This document shows positions 1-8,204 of a DNA stretch of 32,000 nt, piece by piece; the stretch's first letter is position 1, and each line of letters opens with the position of its first letter. The notes beneath the pieces are model-generated. The model was not told where the DNA came from, did no database searches, and saw only the letters and a list, made by a program, of their open reading frames with translations. Position numbers and translations under genes: made by a program. The stretch is from Nostoc sp. PCC 7120 = FACHB-418 (GTDB lineage Bacteria > Cyanobacteriota > Cyanobacteriia > Cyanobacteriales > Nostocaceae): positions 1,620,001 through 1,652,000 of the forward strand of contig NC_003272.1 of assembly GCF_000009705.1 (NCBI RefSeq), read 5' to 3'.

Positions 1-2
1 GA

Positions 3-659
3 TTGGGTTTTAGTACTGGTGCATACTGGCACAGGGCTAGAGCTTATGAAAAGTTGGGTGAAAAACAGAAAGCAATTTCTGATTTAACTCAATTAATTGG
101 TAATAACAGTAGCTTGAATGCTGAAGAATACTTATTTAGAGCCAATCTTTACAAAGAATTAGGGAATAAAGAAAGTGCGATCGCTGACTATAAGATAGCA
201 GAAAAACTGTTGCAGCAATATGCAGATGGAGTTTTTCATACTGGGATGATGGATACCAGATATGAACAGATGTTGGATCAAGTCAGAAATGAGCTATCAA
301 GTATGGGTGTAGCTGTAACAGTACCTAAGACTACTACTGGTAATATTTTACGCACAATTGCTAAAACAGAAGTTGAACGGGCATTAAATTTAGCTAGACT
401 TCAGTCTCAACATCCTACAGTGAAAAACTTTGATGCTCAACTTCAGGATTTATATAAGCAACTAGCAAACACACAACCGCAAGTAGAGTCAGGGGTGGTA
501 AAAAACCTGATAGCGAATGCAGCCTATGAGAAAATAGATGATCTAAAGATAGAGCGATCGCAACTTTTGACAAAATATACCCTTGACAGTCCCATCATTG
601 GCGTAATTGATAGCCAGACAAGCGAATTAGAATCATTAATTCACCGTAATAAATTTTAA
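3..659 (+). CDS. TPR-repeat protein, C-terminal part (5' end lies upstream of the window)
   Basis: The frame is open from the window edge. TPR-like repeats are present (AYWHRARAYEKLGEKQKAISDLTQ, EEYLFRANLYKELGNKESAIADYK), followed by a coiled-coil-like tail. The listed M at nt 3 is a TTG codon and is probably internal. Confidence 0.6.
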   Translation: MGFSTGAYWHRARAYEKLGEKQKAISDLTQLIGNNSSLNAEEYLFRANLYKELGNKESAIADYKIAEKLLQQYADGVFHTGMMDTRYEQMLDQVRNELSSMGVAVTVPKTTTGNILRTIAKTEVERALNLARLQSQHPTVKNFDAQLQDLYKQLANTQPQVESGVVKNLIANAAYEKIDDLKIERSQLLTKYTLDSPIIGVIDSQTSELESLIHRNKF

Positions 660-688
660 TCATCATTAAAATATGAATTCCTGATGTA

Positions 689-721
689 AAAACCCCGGTT
701 CCTTCAAGAAATCGGGGTTTT
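689..721. terminator. Bidirectional intrinsic-terminator-like hairpin between convergent genes
   Basis: aaaaccccg (689-697) is the exact reverse complement of cggggtttt (713-721), with a 15-nt loop. The A-tract/T-tract arms give a U-run on either strand. Confidence 0.55.
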
Positions 722-750
722 GGGTCTGCGCGTATCTAAACTTGATTGAG

Positions 751-1125
751 CTATAAAGTCTCCAAAAAGCTTAAAAGATCTGCCATTTCTTGGGTGTTGG
801 GCTGAAATTTTGGCATTGGTGGTGTATCACCGCTAATAACTTGGTGAATTAGCCCATACTTGGACTTACGCTTAGAAACTGCTTGTAAGCTGGGGCCTAC
901 TCGGCCATCTGCTTCTAAACCATGACAACCAGCACAATTTATTTGAAAAATAGCGTGTCCCTGTATTGGGTCTCCTTTCATGGCAAGAACACTCTTAACA
1001 TAAGGGTCAGAGGCTTTCACCAACTGAACACCAAAAAAGCCCAAAGGGATTGCTAGCAGTATCACTAGCGCCACTAAAGCGATACGCTGAATCAGAATTT
1101 CAGGTTTGGTAATCTGGTTATCCAA
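751..1125 (-). CDS. cytM: Membrane-anchored monohaem c-type cytochrome, probably cytochrome cM
   Basis: CAGCH haem-binding motif (INCAGCHGLEADG), a distal PPMP methionine region and an N-terminal hydrophobic anchor (IALVALVILLAIPLGFFGV). The 124-aa size and the position next to petG fit CytM. The symbol is tentative. Confidence 0.6.
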   Translation of the reverse strand: MDNQITKPEILIQRIALVALVILLAIPLGFFGVQLVKASDPYVKSVLAMKGDPIQGHAIFQINCAGCHGLEADGRVGPSLQAVSKRKSKYGLIHQVISGDTPPMPKFQPNTQEMADLLSFLETL

Positions 1126-1333
1126 AAGGTGTGCTGTAAAAGTTTAGGTTTACTCAAATTTTTCATTTCCTACACATAGCTTAAAAGTTCTTGATGATGT
1201 CTGCAAGCATAAACTACAGTTTTTCATCTCTAGGGGTCGCCTAAAAATAGTGTAGGAAGCGGGATTCATCCGCGATTTGGTAAAATCAAAGATGGGAAAT
1301 AAATAATGAATAATCGTAACAGGAGATTTTAAA

Positions 1334-1447
1334 GTGGTTGAACCCCTACTTTCAGGCATCGTTCTTGGTTTGATTGTTGTCACCCTCGCTGGGCTGTTTT
1401 ACGCTGCCTATAAGCAATACAAGCGCCCCAATGAGTTGGGTGGTTGA
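1334..1447 (+). CDS. petG: Cytochrome b6f complex subunit 5 (PetG), 37 aa, GTG start
   Basis: My translation is [37 protein letters not shown] followed by TGA at 1445-1447. AGGAG at 1321-1325 lies 8 nt upstream of GTG 1334. The product matches my memory of Nostoc PetG. It is missing from the ORF track because it is short and starts with GTG. Confidence 0.9.
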   Translation: MVEPLLSGIVLGLIVVTLAGLFYAAYKQYKRPNELGG

Positions 1448-1531
1448 GTCTTGAAGTGCTGATTGCTAAAGCGCGTTAGCTACTGGGTGGGGGGTATGAG
1501 GGATAAAGTAGATAAAAATTCTTCCTCATCT

Positions 1532-1608
1532 TCCCCAATCCCCAATCCAAGGCAAAAGTCAAAAGAAAAAATCTTTTACCTTTTACCTTTTTACTTTCTT
1601 GTCCCCAA
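1532..1608. repeat. Short heptamer repeats in the petG-rsmD spacer
   Basis: tccccaa x2 at 1532-1545, cttttac/cttttta/ctttctt x4 at 1573-1600, and tccccaa at 1602-1608. Confidence 0.6.
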
Positions 1609-1611
1609 TCC

Positions 1612-2166
1612 CTACGCCCCTAATTCCTCGCTTCGATAAAAAGTAAGCGCCGTGTTACCGTAGACTTTTTGGCGGCAAATTTCCCAGTCAGGAATTAATA
1701 TATCTACCCACCCTTGGGGATTATGTTCGATCGCTATTTCCCCACTTGGATCTAATAATTGATGGTGAGCGATCGCCTCTAACACTGGCTGATATAATCC
1801 ACTAGCATAGGGCGGATCAAAATAAATTCTGTCGAATTGCTGCCCTGATAAGTTTTTTAACTGCTGAACGACATCTCCACGCAATATTCGCCATTGTTGT
1901 TCGTTATTGGCTATGCGCTGCCAATTCTCTTGGATAATTGCACAGGCTCGGCTTGATTTTTCAATTCCGACCACCAAGCTAGCACCTCGACACAAAGCCT
2001 CTGCACCCATTGAACCATTCCCGGCGCACAAATCTAGCCAGCGATACCCTTCTATTTCTCCCTGCCAAATATTAAAAACAGCTTCCCTAACCCTCCCAGT
2101 GGTGGGTCTGGTTTCTTGCCCTGGTAAAGTTTTAATCTGGCGATTCCCGTAAATTTTTAGACTCAT
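1612..2166 (-). CDS. rsmD: 16S rRNA (guanine966-N2)-methyltransferase RsmD
   Basis: 184 aa. SAM-binding loop LDLCAGNGSMGAEA and the N-methyltransferase motif IYFDPPY. Length and layout are typical of RsmD. Confidence 0.85.
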   Translation of the reverse strand: MSLKIYGNRQIKTLPGQETRPTTGRVREAVFNIWQGEIEGYRWLDLCAGNGSMGAEALCRGASLVVGIEKSSRACAIIQENWQRIANNEQQWRILRGDVVQQLKNLSGQQFDRIYFDPPYASGLYQPVLEAIAHHQLLDPSGEIAIEHNPQGWVDILIPDWEICRQKVYGNTALTFYRSEELGA

Positions 2167-2247
2167 TGGTCAATGGTCATTAGTCATTAGTCATTAGTTA
2201 TTAATCATTAGTCTACTGACAAGTGACAACTGACGACTGACAAACTA
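2164..2247. repeat. STRR-type heptamer array, 12 in-phase units, filling the whole rsmD-hisH spacer
   Basis: cattggt caatggt cattagt x3 tattaat cattagt ctactga caagtga caactga cgactga caaacta. The first unit contains the rsmD start codon (cat at 2164-2166). The array ends 3 nt before the hisH stop. Confidence 0.9.
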
Positions 2248-2250
2248 ATA

Positions 2251-2886
2251 TTATGCTGCTATTTTTTCCCGTACTTGAGAGACAAAATTAGACAGGATTT
2301 GCAGCCCAATATTTGACGATTTTTCTGGGTGAAATTGTACTGCCATCAGGTTTTCATGGGCAATGGCTGCCGTGACGGTTTGCGTACCGTGAGTAACAGT
2401 TGCAGCACGAACTTGAGGTTCAAATGGGTCAACATAGTAGGAATGCACAAAATATACCCAAGGTTGGGGTGGCAAATGCTCCCACAAAATGCTTTTTGGT
2501 TGGGTTAATTCCAACTGATTCCAACCCATGTGAGGAATTGTAATTCCTGGTTCCCAAACAAACCGCCGCACTTTTCCCTTGATAATTCCTAGTCCTGGTT
2601 GATTACCTTCCGCACTCGATTCAAAAAGAATTTGCAGCCCTAAACAGATACCTAAGAAGGGTTTACCAGAAGCGATTGTATCTTTAATTGGTTGTTCTAA
2701 ATCACGCGATCGCAAGCTCTGTACTGCTGGGTCAAATGCTCCCACTCCCGGCAATATGACTGCATCAGCCTTGGTTAATTCCTGATGACAATGAGTAATT
2801 ATAGGAGTCGCCCCCGCTTTTTCTAATCCTTTGCAAACAGAATGCAAATTTCCCATCTCATAATCTATAACAGCAACAACTGGCAT
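2251..2886 (-). CDS. hisH: Imidazole glycerol phosphate synthase, glutamine amidotransferase subunit HisH
   Basis: 211 aa. N-terminus VAVIDYEMGNLHS, catalytic Cys in GICLGLQ and His/Glu in VQFHPEKS. Confidence 0.95.
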   Translation of the reverse strand: MPVVAVIDYEMGNLHSVCKGLEKAGATPIITHCHQELTKADAVILPGVGAFDPAVQSLRSRDLEQPIKDTIASGKPFLGICLGLQILFESSAEGNQPGLGIIKGKVRRFVWEPGITIPHMGWNQLELTQPKSILWEHLPPQPWVYFVHSYYVDPFEPQVRAATVTHGTQTVTAAIAHENLMAVQFHPEKSSNIGLQILSNFVSQVREKIAA

Positions 2887-2944
2887 TGACCTTCTCCTTG
2901 TAAATTGTTTATGGAGGGTTTTTCTATTCTAAATAATATTTTCC

Positions 2945-3457
2945 ATGAAGAAAAGAATTCTATTAACTTCTTTTGACACTTGGCTAGAAGATCAAAAGTC
3001 AAATTCCTCTGATGATTTATTATTTGAAGTCACTAAACTTAACTCACTTCCATTAGATTTACAATTTTTGCGCTTGTTACCCGTTGATATTGGGCTGGCC
3101 AGTTCCCTAGTAATCGCAAAAATAGAGGAATCCCAACCAGATTACATTATCTGTTGTGGCATGGCCGCAAGCCGGAAAAAATTAAGTGTAGAAGTGGGTG
3201 CTAGCTGTGGAGAAACCTTTTTACAGACCACAATTGATCTAGGAAAATTACTAATAGGAGCAACAGCAACTGATATTAGTGACGACTGCGGTAAATTTGT
3301 CTGCGAGGGTCTTTATTATTCCATACTGGACTACTTAGGACAAAAGAAACTATCAACTTATTGTTTTTTTGTTCATGTTCCCGTACTGAATCAAGATAAC
3401 TTGATAGAAATTCTCACAGATTTTGTATTAATTATTAACAATCTGGCACTTTTATAA
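2945..3457 (+). CDS. Peptidase C15 (pyroglutamyl peptidase)-like protein
   Basis: 170 aa. The Glu/Cys/His triad context resembles the C15 family: GMAASRKKLSVEVGA, CGKFVCEGLYYS and FFVHVP. Confidence 0.6.
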   Translation: MKKRILLTSFDTWLEDQKSNSSDDLLFEVTKLNSLPLDLQFLRLLPVDIGLASSLVIAKIEESQPDYIICCGMAASRKKLSVEVGASCGETFLQTTIDLGKLLIGATATDISDDCGKFVCEGLYYSILDYLGQKKLSTYCFFVHVPVLNQDNLIEILTDFVLIINNLALL

Positions 3458-3552
3458 ATTTATAAGCGTCCAGTCTGACGGGAATATGGGGAAGAAAATA
3501 GCAACCTGTTTTACCTAGTTGCCAATCTTTAATTCTCAATCCCCAGTTATTA

Positions 3553-3575
3553 TTGAATTTTGAATTTTTGAATTG
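3553..3575 (+). repeat. TTGAATT heptamer leader repeat ending 5 nt before the start codon
   Basis: ttgaatt ttgaatt tttgaattg, then tactt, then ATG 3581. The same element occurs at the same distance upstream of the sigma-like gene at 9070. Confidence 0.7.
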
Positions 3576-3580
3576 TACTT

Positions 3581-4945
3581 ATGTTCTCTTTATTACTAAG
3601 TCTTTTAGTGGCTCAATCTGCTCCTACTGCACCACCGCCTGAAGAAGTTGTACAACCTCAAGAAGTCCGTGCATTACCAGGACGCTTGGATGCAATCCCT
3701 ACATTTAATAGCAATAGTCCAGAATTAGTTTTAAGAGAAGGAATTTTACTTTCCACTTTTCCCCCGGCAGGCAAAAAAGTACCGTCAGCCCATTTGAATT
3801 ATCCTTTTCGTGGGCGATTTGATGTGTTTGCTCACCACATTGCTAGGGCGGAACCACCGGAAGATTTACGCTCCTTGTATTTAGGAATACTCCTGCATAA
3901 CCCGACATCCCAACAGGTGAAGGTGGATGTTTTACAAGGGGCGAGTTATTTAAGTCAACCGGATGCACCGTTTATTGAGTTGCCATCTTTGGTTGAGAAT
4001 AATTTAGGTAACGTATTTGCTGGCCCTGGTAGTCGCGCTATGGCTGATGTTTTAAGAGGACTGCGACAAGATATTTTCCCGGCTCAAATTGTCATACCAC
4101 CAGGGCAAAGTCGAATGCTCTTGAACCAACCTATACCTGTGCGAGAATTAACACCACCTTTAAATGGTCGCTCGACTTTGGCAAGACTACGGACTAATGG
4201 TACAGTCTATGCAGCTAGTTTGGCTATGTTTGCTCGTACCAATGCTGATGGTAGTGAACGATCGCCTACCTTGGAAGAATGGCAAACTTTACTAGAAAAT
4301 AGTGATGTGTCCGGGCCACGGGATAAAACTCCCACACCATTAGAAGCAACTGGTAAACCCAGAATTTATGGTCGTGTCGCTGGGGTGGCGCGCGGTTCTT
4401 ATTGGCGATCGTTTATAGTAGATAGTCCCAAAGCCAGGAATTTAACTATTCCCCAACCAGGACAGGCTTTTTCTTATGCTTTGAGTACTCTACATGGTGG
4501 TACTTTAGGGACTGGTCAAATTCAGAGTGCGCCGATGTTAGTACGTTATCCAGATACGGCTTATCGCGCTCATGGTAATTACGCTATTCAATATAGTTTA
4601 AAGTTGCCCTTGTATAACAATACTGCCAAGGCGCAAACTGTGAAGGTATCTGTGCAAACTCCCATTAAGGAAGACCGTTTAACTAAACAAGGTCTGCGCT
4701 TTTTTACTACACCCGCGCGTCAAACATTCTTCCGGGGGAGTGTGCGGATACGTTACCGAAATGATCAAGGACAGCAGCAAACTCGGCTGGTACATTTAGT
4801 TCAGAAGCGGGGTCAACCGGGGGAAGCATTAGCTACATTGAACATGAAAAAAGGCGATCGCCGTTTGGTAGAGGTAGACTTTCTCTATCCCCCCGATGCT
4901 TCACCACCACAAGTATTAACAGTTGGGACTGTGGCTAATCCTTAA
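3581..4945 (+). CDS. Conserved cyanobacterial secreted protein of unknown function (DUF3370-like, from memory)
   Basis: A 454-aa ORF with an N-terminal hydrophobic signal-like segment (MFSLLLSLLVAQSAPTAPP) and no recognisable catalytic motif. The family name is recalled only from its size and taxon range. Confidence 0.6.
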   Translation: MFSLLLSLLVAQSAPTAPPPEEVVQPQEVRALPGRLDAIPTFNSNSPELVLREGILLSTFPPAGKKVPSAHLNYPFRGRFDVFAHHIARAEPPEDLRSLYLGILLHNPTSQQVKVDVLQGASYLSQPDAPFIELPSLVENNLGNVFAGPGSRAMADVLRGLRQDIFPAQIVIPPGQSRMLLNQPIPVRELTPPLNGRSTLARLRTNGTVYAASLAMFARTNADGSERSPTLEEWQTLLENSDVSGPRDKTPTPLEATGKPRIYGRVAGVARGSYWRSFIVDSPKARNLTIPQPGQAFSYALSTLHGGTLGTGQIQSAPMLVRYPDTAYRAHGNYAIQYSLKLPLYNNTAKAQTVKVSVQTPIKEDRLTKQGLRFFTTPARQTFFRGSVRIRYRNDQGQQQTRLVHLVQKRGQPGEALATLNMKKGDRRLVEVDFLYPPDASPPQVLTVGTVANP

Positions 4946-4952
4946 TTAAGTG

Positions 4953-4984
4953 TAGGGGTTTAGGGGTTTAGGGGTGTAGGGGAA
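4953..4984. repeat. Octamer tandem repeat taggggtt x4
   Basis: taggggtt taggggtt taggggtg taggggaa, directly after the stop codon of the 454-aa gene. Confidence 0.8.
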
Positions 4985-5094
4985 ACAACTAATAATTAAA
5001 TCAAGACAGCTCATAAATAGTGTTCTTCTCCTAACTCCCATACCCCCATACCCAGTCACAGCAAGAGTTTCGGGCTTACAAGCGCGATATTCTT

Positions 5095-5814
5095 CTATAG
5101 TGTTTTTTCATCTCGCCACAAAGCGATACCACCTAACAAACCACTAATATTCGGAATGAGTTTGACATTTAAAGGTAGCTGAAAATTTACTCTTACGGCT
5201 TCACCACCACCGATATAAAGGTAATCATAGTTGAATAGTCGTTGTAGGGAGGCGATCGCTTTTTCTAAACGGCGATTCCATTTCTTCTGACCAATCTTAT
5301 CTAAAGTTGCTCTTCCTAGTTGTTCTTCGTAAGTTTCCCCTTTGCGAAAGGGATGATGTCCCATTTCCATATTCGGCACTAATTTACCATCGACAAACAA
5401 CGCGGAACCAAACCCCGTTCCCAAGGTAATTACCAACTCTACACCCTTACCTTTGATTGCACCAAAACCCTGCATATCTGCATCATTAATCACCCGTACA
5501 GGTTTATGTAACCGTTGCGACAGCGCCGTTTCTAAATCAAATCCAATCCAATCCGAGTCTAAGTTAACTGCCGTTTCGGTGACACCAGCACGCACCACAC
5601 CAGGAAAACCCACAGAAACCCGGTGAAATTCACCTTGAGCAGCAGCTAACACCATAATTGCATTAATGACAACCTCTGGTGTTGCAGGTTGGGGTGTATC
5701 AACACGCGCCCTTTCTGTTACAGGATTTCCCGTAATATCCAACACTAAAGCTTTAACACCACTACCACCAATATCAACCGATAAAGTGCGAATTGAGCCG
5801 TTATCTTCCACCAT
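5095..5814 (-). CDS. ppgK: ROK-family polyphosphate glucokinase
   Basis: 239 aa. ATP/phosphate-binding DIGGSGVK and ROK-type motifs (NDADMQGFG, TLGTGFGSALF). The size matches the short cyanobacterial PPGK that I recall being described in Anabaena PCC 7120. Confidence 0.75.
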   Translation of the reverse strand: MVEDNGSIRTLSVDIGGSGVKALVLDITGNPVTERARVDTPQPATPEVVINAIMVLAAAQGEFHRVSVGFPGVVRAGVTETAVNLDSDWIGFDLETALSQRLHKPVRVINDADMQGFGAIKGKGVELVITLGTGFGSALFVDGKLVPNMEMGHHPFRKGETYEEQLGRATLDKIGQKKWNRRLEKAIASLQRLFNYDYLYIGGGEAVRVNFQLPLNVKLIPNISGLLGGIALWRDEKTL

Positions 5815-6025
5815 TGAGTATTTACCTTTTTGTTAGGGACTGGGGATTGGGAGTAGAAATAAATAATTACAGATTAGTAAATAATATATGAAGCTGTATA
5901 GATAAGGGCTTCTAAAATAAGTTTCTCAGAGGAAATACATATACACTTTATATTTTTGTAATATCTATGTAATATGCTTGAATTACTAAAAAGCCATATC
6001 AGCCAGAAGTGCAAAGATAACACCA

Positions 6026-6862
6026 ATGAGACGAATTGCGATCGCCGAAAATACCTTAAAAATTCTTAACATAGGTAACTACATTTGTGCTGATGGCAAT
6101 CAAGTTTATATCAGCCAAGAATTGGAATATTGTTTGTATTTAACAAAGTGCTACAGCCCCGAAAATTTGGCAAAGATTGAAACTAAGGTGCTGAATAGCC
6201 TTCCTCGTTTTTCAGCAACTGAATTTGCAGTCAGGAATGAGACAACATTAATAGGAGCCGAACGCATAGTCAAAAGTGAAAAATTTCAACAAGTTGGTGT
6301 TTTGAATTTTGCTTCTGCGAAAAACCCAGGAGGTGGATTTATCAGAGGGGCGCAGGCTCAGGAAGAAAGTTTAGCCAGAAGTTCAGCGCTTTACAAAAGC
6401 CTGTTGAAATGTCCTGAATATTATAATTTTCATCGCCATGAGCGATCGCTTTTGTACTCAGATTGGATGATTTATTCTCCCAGTTGTCCAGTCTTCAAAA
6501 ACGATGATGGTGAACTATTAGCACAGCCCTATGTTGTAGATTTCATCACCAGTCCAGCACCAAATGCAGGCATGATTCAAAAAAATCAACCGCACCTCAG
6601 CGTTAAAATACCCCAAGTGCTTATGAATCGAACATCAAAGCTGTTGAGTTTGGCAAGCAACCAAGGCTGCGATGCTTTGGTTTTAGGTGCTTGGGGATGT
6701 GGAGTCTTTAGAAATGACCCAGCGATAGTTTCCCAAATATTTGCAGATTTATTATTACCAGGTGGTCAATTTTGGGGCAGATTTAAAAGTGTAATTTTTT
6801 CCGTCCTTGACAATAGTAAACAACAAGCTATTTTTACAGAGTTTGACAGGAGATTTTCTTGA
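6026..6862 (+). CDS. Bacterial-type poly(ADP-ribose) glycohydrolase-like macrodomain protein (DUF2263/TIGR02452-like)
   Basis: 278 aa. PARG signature GGG-X7-QEE (NPGGGFIRGAQAQEES, nt 6329-6367) and a diphosphate-binding loop GAWGCGVFRNDP. Confidence 0.75.
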   Translation: MRRIAIAENTLKILNIGNYICADGNQVYISQELEYCLYLTKCYSPENLAKIETKVLNSLPRFSATEFAVRNETTLIGAERIVKSEKFQQVGVLNFASAKNPGGGFIRGAQAQEESLARSSALYKSLLKCPEYYNFHRHERSLLYSDWMIYSPSCPVFKNDDGELLAQPYVVDFITSPAPNAGMIQKNQPHLSVKIPQVLMNRTSKLLSLASNQGCDALVLGAWGCGVFRNDPAIVSQIFADLLLPGGQFWGRFKSVIFSVLDNSKQQAIFTEFDRRFS

Positions 6863-6967
6863 TCAACTGCTAGAAATTTACAGAAGACTATTCCATTTTC
6901 TCCATAGGTAATAAACTTGTTTAGGAATCAAACAGGAATCCTATATAGGAATCCGATTTGATTTCTG

Positions 6968-7150
6968 TTGGCGTAGCCTGCGCTAGCGCATAAAATTCTC
7001 AGTATCTGTAGGGTGGGCAATGCCCACCAAAACCATGAGCCGGTGGGCATTGCCCAACGCCACTTGCTCCAAGCCGGGAAACCCTTTCAGCAGTTACTCC
7101 ACTTGGGGAAACCCCAAGACCGTACTGCTTCACCAACGCAGTGGCTCCCC
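6968..7150. repeat. Cluster of dispersed Nostoc-type intergenic repeats
   Basis: ttggcgtagcctgcg resembles the repeats at 8743 and 14989. Near-palindromes are ggtgggcaatgcccacc (7012-7028) and ggtgggcattgcccaac (7042-7058). They are followed by gggaaaccc.../ggggaaaccccaagaccg... modules. Confidence 0.6.
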
Positions 7151-7200
7151 TACGTGTATTTCAAAAATCAAGTATGAGTCCTATAGTATAGATTGTAATA

Positions 7201-7228
7201 ATCCCAATCCCCAATCCCCAATCCCCAA
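7201..7228. repeat. Heptamer repeat (a/t)cccCAA x4 abutting a start codon
   Basis: atcccaa tccccaa tccccaa tccccaa, immediately followed by ATG 7229. Confidence 0.8.
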
Positions 7229-8017
7229 ATGCACAGTTTCATTCCCCCAGAACGGTTTTTCGCCTACCTCACCTGGAAAGAAATTGAGGAAATGCCAAAT
7301 AAGGAGAATGTCGTTATCATCCAGCCAGTAGGGGCAATTGAACAGCATGGACTCCATCTACCATTGATTGTTGATGCTGCCATTGGTGTGGGGGTTTTGG
7401 GGAAAGCTTTATCTAAACTTGATGCTAGCATTCCAGCTTATGCTTTACCCACTCTTTATTATGGTAAATCCAATGAACACTGGCATTTTCCGGGAACGAT
7501 TACCCTGAGTACAGAAACGCTGACAGCGACAATTATGGAAGTGGCAGAAAGCATTTACCGCGCTGGGTTTAGAAAGTTGGTGTTAATGAACTCCCACGGA
7601 GGACAACCCCAAGTTATGCAAATGGTGGCGCGAGATCTGCACGTAAAGTATGGTGATTTTGCAGTTTTTCCTTTGTTTACTTGGCGTGTACCCCACATTA
7701 CTAAAGAATTATTATCACCTAAGGAAGCAATACAAGGAATGCACGCGGGAGATGCGGAAACTAGTATTATGCTGGCGATTTTGCCAGATCAGGTGCAACT
7801 AGATAAAGCCGTGGCAGAATATCCCCCAGAAAAACCTGAAGGTAGCCTATTAAGTTGGGAAGGTAGATTACCTGTGGCTTGGGTAACAAAAGATATTAGT
7901 AAAAGTGGTGTGATTGGCGATGCGACAACTGCAACCAAAGAAAAAGGCGATCGCATTTTAGAATCCGTTTCTGATGGTTGGGTAGAAGTCATCAAAGAAA
8001 TTTACGCCTTTCGCTAA
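7229..8017 (+). CDS. Creatininase (creatinine amidohydrolase) family protein
   Basis: 262 aa. Family motifs PVGAIEQHGLHLPL, LMNSHGGQ and HAGDAETS. Confidence 0.8.
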   Translation: MHSFIPPERFFAYLTWKEIEEMPNKENVVIIQPVGAIEQHGLHLPLIVDAAIGVGVLGKALSKLDASIPAYALPTLYYGKSNEHWHFPGTITLSTETLTATIMEVAESIYRAGFRKLVLMNSHGGQPQVMQMVARDLHVKYGDFAVFPLFTWRVPHITKELLSPKEAIQGMHAGDAETSIMLAILPDQVQLDKAVAEYPPEKPEGSLLSWEGRLPVAWVTKDISKSGVIGDATTATKEKGDRILESVSDGWVEVIKEIYAFR

Positions 8018-8040
8018 AGGAGACAAGGGGATTAAGGCAA

Positions 8041-8101
8041 CAACTAACAACTGTACAGACGCGATTAATCGCGTCTCTGAAAACTGACAACTGACAACTA
8101 A
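8041..8101. repeat. caactga/caactaa heptamers interrupted by a perfect 20-bp palindrome
   Basis: caactaa caactgt (8041-8054), the palindrome agacgcgatt|aatcgcgtct (8057-8076), then aaactga caactga caactaa (8081-8101). Confidence 0.85.
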
Positions 8102-8204
8102 CTAAATTTGCTAGTGTAGGGTTAAGTGCAGTAGTTATCGAAACTGTTTCACAGTTGACGGGCGATAAGTTGCTAAACCACATTAATAATTAGAGATAGC
8201 AGTT

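Noticed and set aside
1150-1383. 77-aa minus-strand ORF from the track
   Set aside because: It lies antisense to the petG start region and in the cytM/petG promoter spacer. It has no motifs and an odd composition. The petG assignment on the plus strand explains the locus.
1907-2152. 81-aa plus-strand ORF inside rsmD
   Set aside because: It is antisense to a well-supported gene. The same reasoning applies to the other internal antisense ORFs in the track: 7789..7995, 10337..10564, 10639..10981, 11113..11298, 12545..13087, 13302..13487, 15276..15512, 16508..17389, 18610..18840, 19400..19618, 20135..20791, 21421..22264, 23243..23554, 24066..24697, 25258..25485, 26031..26282, 26816..27043, 29272..29484 and 30109..30339.
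4953-5053. Long-range pairing of the tagggg octamer array with cccatacccccataccc (5037-5053) as a bidirectional terminator
   Set aside because: Hand pairing gives only short interrupted stems of 4-6 bp with mismatches or bulges. This is not convincing without a folding calculation.
5957-5975. Direct repeat tgtaatat-N3-tgtaatat upstream of the PARG-like gene, as a possible NtcA site
   Set aside because: It reads GTA-N8-GTA, not GTA-N8-TAC. It may merely be -10-like AT-rich sequence.
7992-8183. 63-aa minus-strand ORF spanning the creatininase 3' end and the heptamer/palindrome spacer
   Set aside because: It is composed largely of repeat sequence, with no start context and no motifs.
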